Shown here: one piece after another, positions 63,401 to 64,000 of the stretch
Numbering within the stretch: position 1 is the first letter of the stretch
Layout: each line of letters begins with the position of its first letter
Source of the DNA: Klebsormidium nitens
Lineage: Eukaryota; Plantae; Klebsormidiophyceae
Direction of reading: 5' to 3'
DNA length: 64,000 nucleotides
Assembly (NCBI GenBank): GCA_000708835.1
Contig: DF237187.1
Span: 19,953 to 83,952, forward strand
Translations under genes and position numbers: made by a program
Notes under the pieces: model-generated
Told to the model about the DNA's origin: nothing
What the model saw: the letters and a program-made list of their open reading frames with translations, nothing else
The model's database searches: none

Positions 63401-64000
63401 AGCGATTTCCTTACACTCAAGACATAGGCATTCGTCCTTACTGCAGCTCTTAAATATTCTGAATTGAATCGCTTCATTTGTGCAGACTGGAGCGGATGCG
63501 AACCTGGCTGCCGGGGTTGCCAACTCCTTCATCAAGAACACATACTCCGCTCAGGGCTCTGTCGTTAACGGCAACGTCTGCGCGACGCCTGGGGGTGAGC
63601 TTTTCGAAAGTTGCCATGATTGGAGGAATCTGGTGAACGTCAGAGAGTCTGCGATGCTTTTTGCACCCGAAAAAGAGCAGCAGTTGACAAAAGTAGGTTG
63701 TAAGTTGGTAAATATAGACTTCAGGATTTTCTGAGTCAACCTATGTTTTCGACAGATTCCCTGATACCTGCTCTCTCTTCGGCTCCGCAGGCGCTTGCAC
63801 CGTTCAGGCCCCCCTCTGCAACTGGATCCCTAAGGACTGCCAGATGCCGCTGACGCCCTTCCCGATCCCGTCGCCGTCTCCCTCTGCCTCGCCGATGCCC
63901 TCCCCTTCGGCCTCTCCCATCCCCTCCCCTTCGGCTTCACCGATACCCTCTCCTTCCAGCTCCCCTGTGCCCCCCTCACCGTCTCCTTCCAGCTCTCCCC
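60491..64000 (+). CDS. Secreted pectin-lyase-fold / polymorphic-membrane-protein-repeat protein with Ser-Pro-rich (HRGP-like) region; exons 60491-60551, 61070-61132, 61438-61532, 61890-62180, 62484-62720, 63056-63136, 63486-63594, 63791->64000; truncated by window end
   Basis: Signal peptide MAQAMRMFLGLLLVSALTSS. Repeated GGA[VI]...FxxN motifs (GCGGAVWV..FNNNTA, SGGAVF..FASNQA, SGGAVAV, QGGAID). Tail PIPSPSPSASPMPSPSASPIPSPS. Phases are consistent. Confidence 0.85.

Overview
Eukaryotic, intron-rich nuclear DNA from a green plant lineage. Gene content (nuclear PSB28, DIVARICATA-type MYB, plant-type MED26, CSN2) and many short-to-medium GT-AG introns suggest a streptophyte alga such as Klebsormidium (inference). 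I assembled about 11 protein-coding genes by hand from splice sites: CSN2 (3' end), a PIP-like/UBZ4/AlkB dioxygenase, a GT10 fucosyltransferase, an orphan, a DIV-like MYB, a bestrophin-like channel, a MED26-like protein, PSB28, a stathmin-like helical-repeat protein, a KH+RING protein with an apparent 1-nt frameshift, and a secreted beta-helix/Ser-Pro glycoprotein running off the right end. There is also a tRNA-Thr(UGU), a TA-flanked MITE and a possible Helitron 3' end. The most striking unexplained structure is a set of 'splice-junction echo' arrays: introns holding stacked, decaying copies of the neighbouring exon/intron boundary (splice site plus about 12-50 nt of exon). They reach 8 extra copies in one intron and occur in four unrelated genes. 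All exon coordinates are manual predictions without RNA evidence, and no database searches were run.
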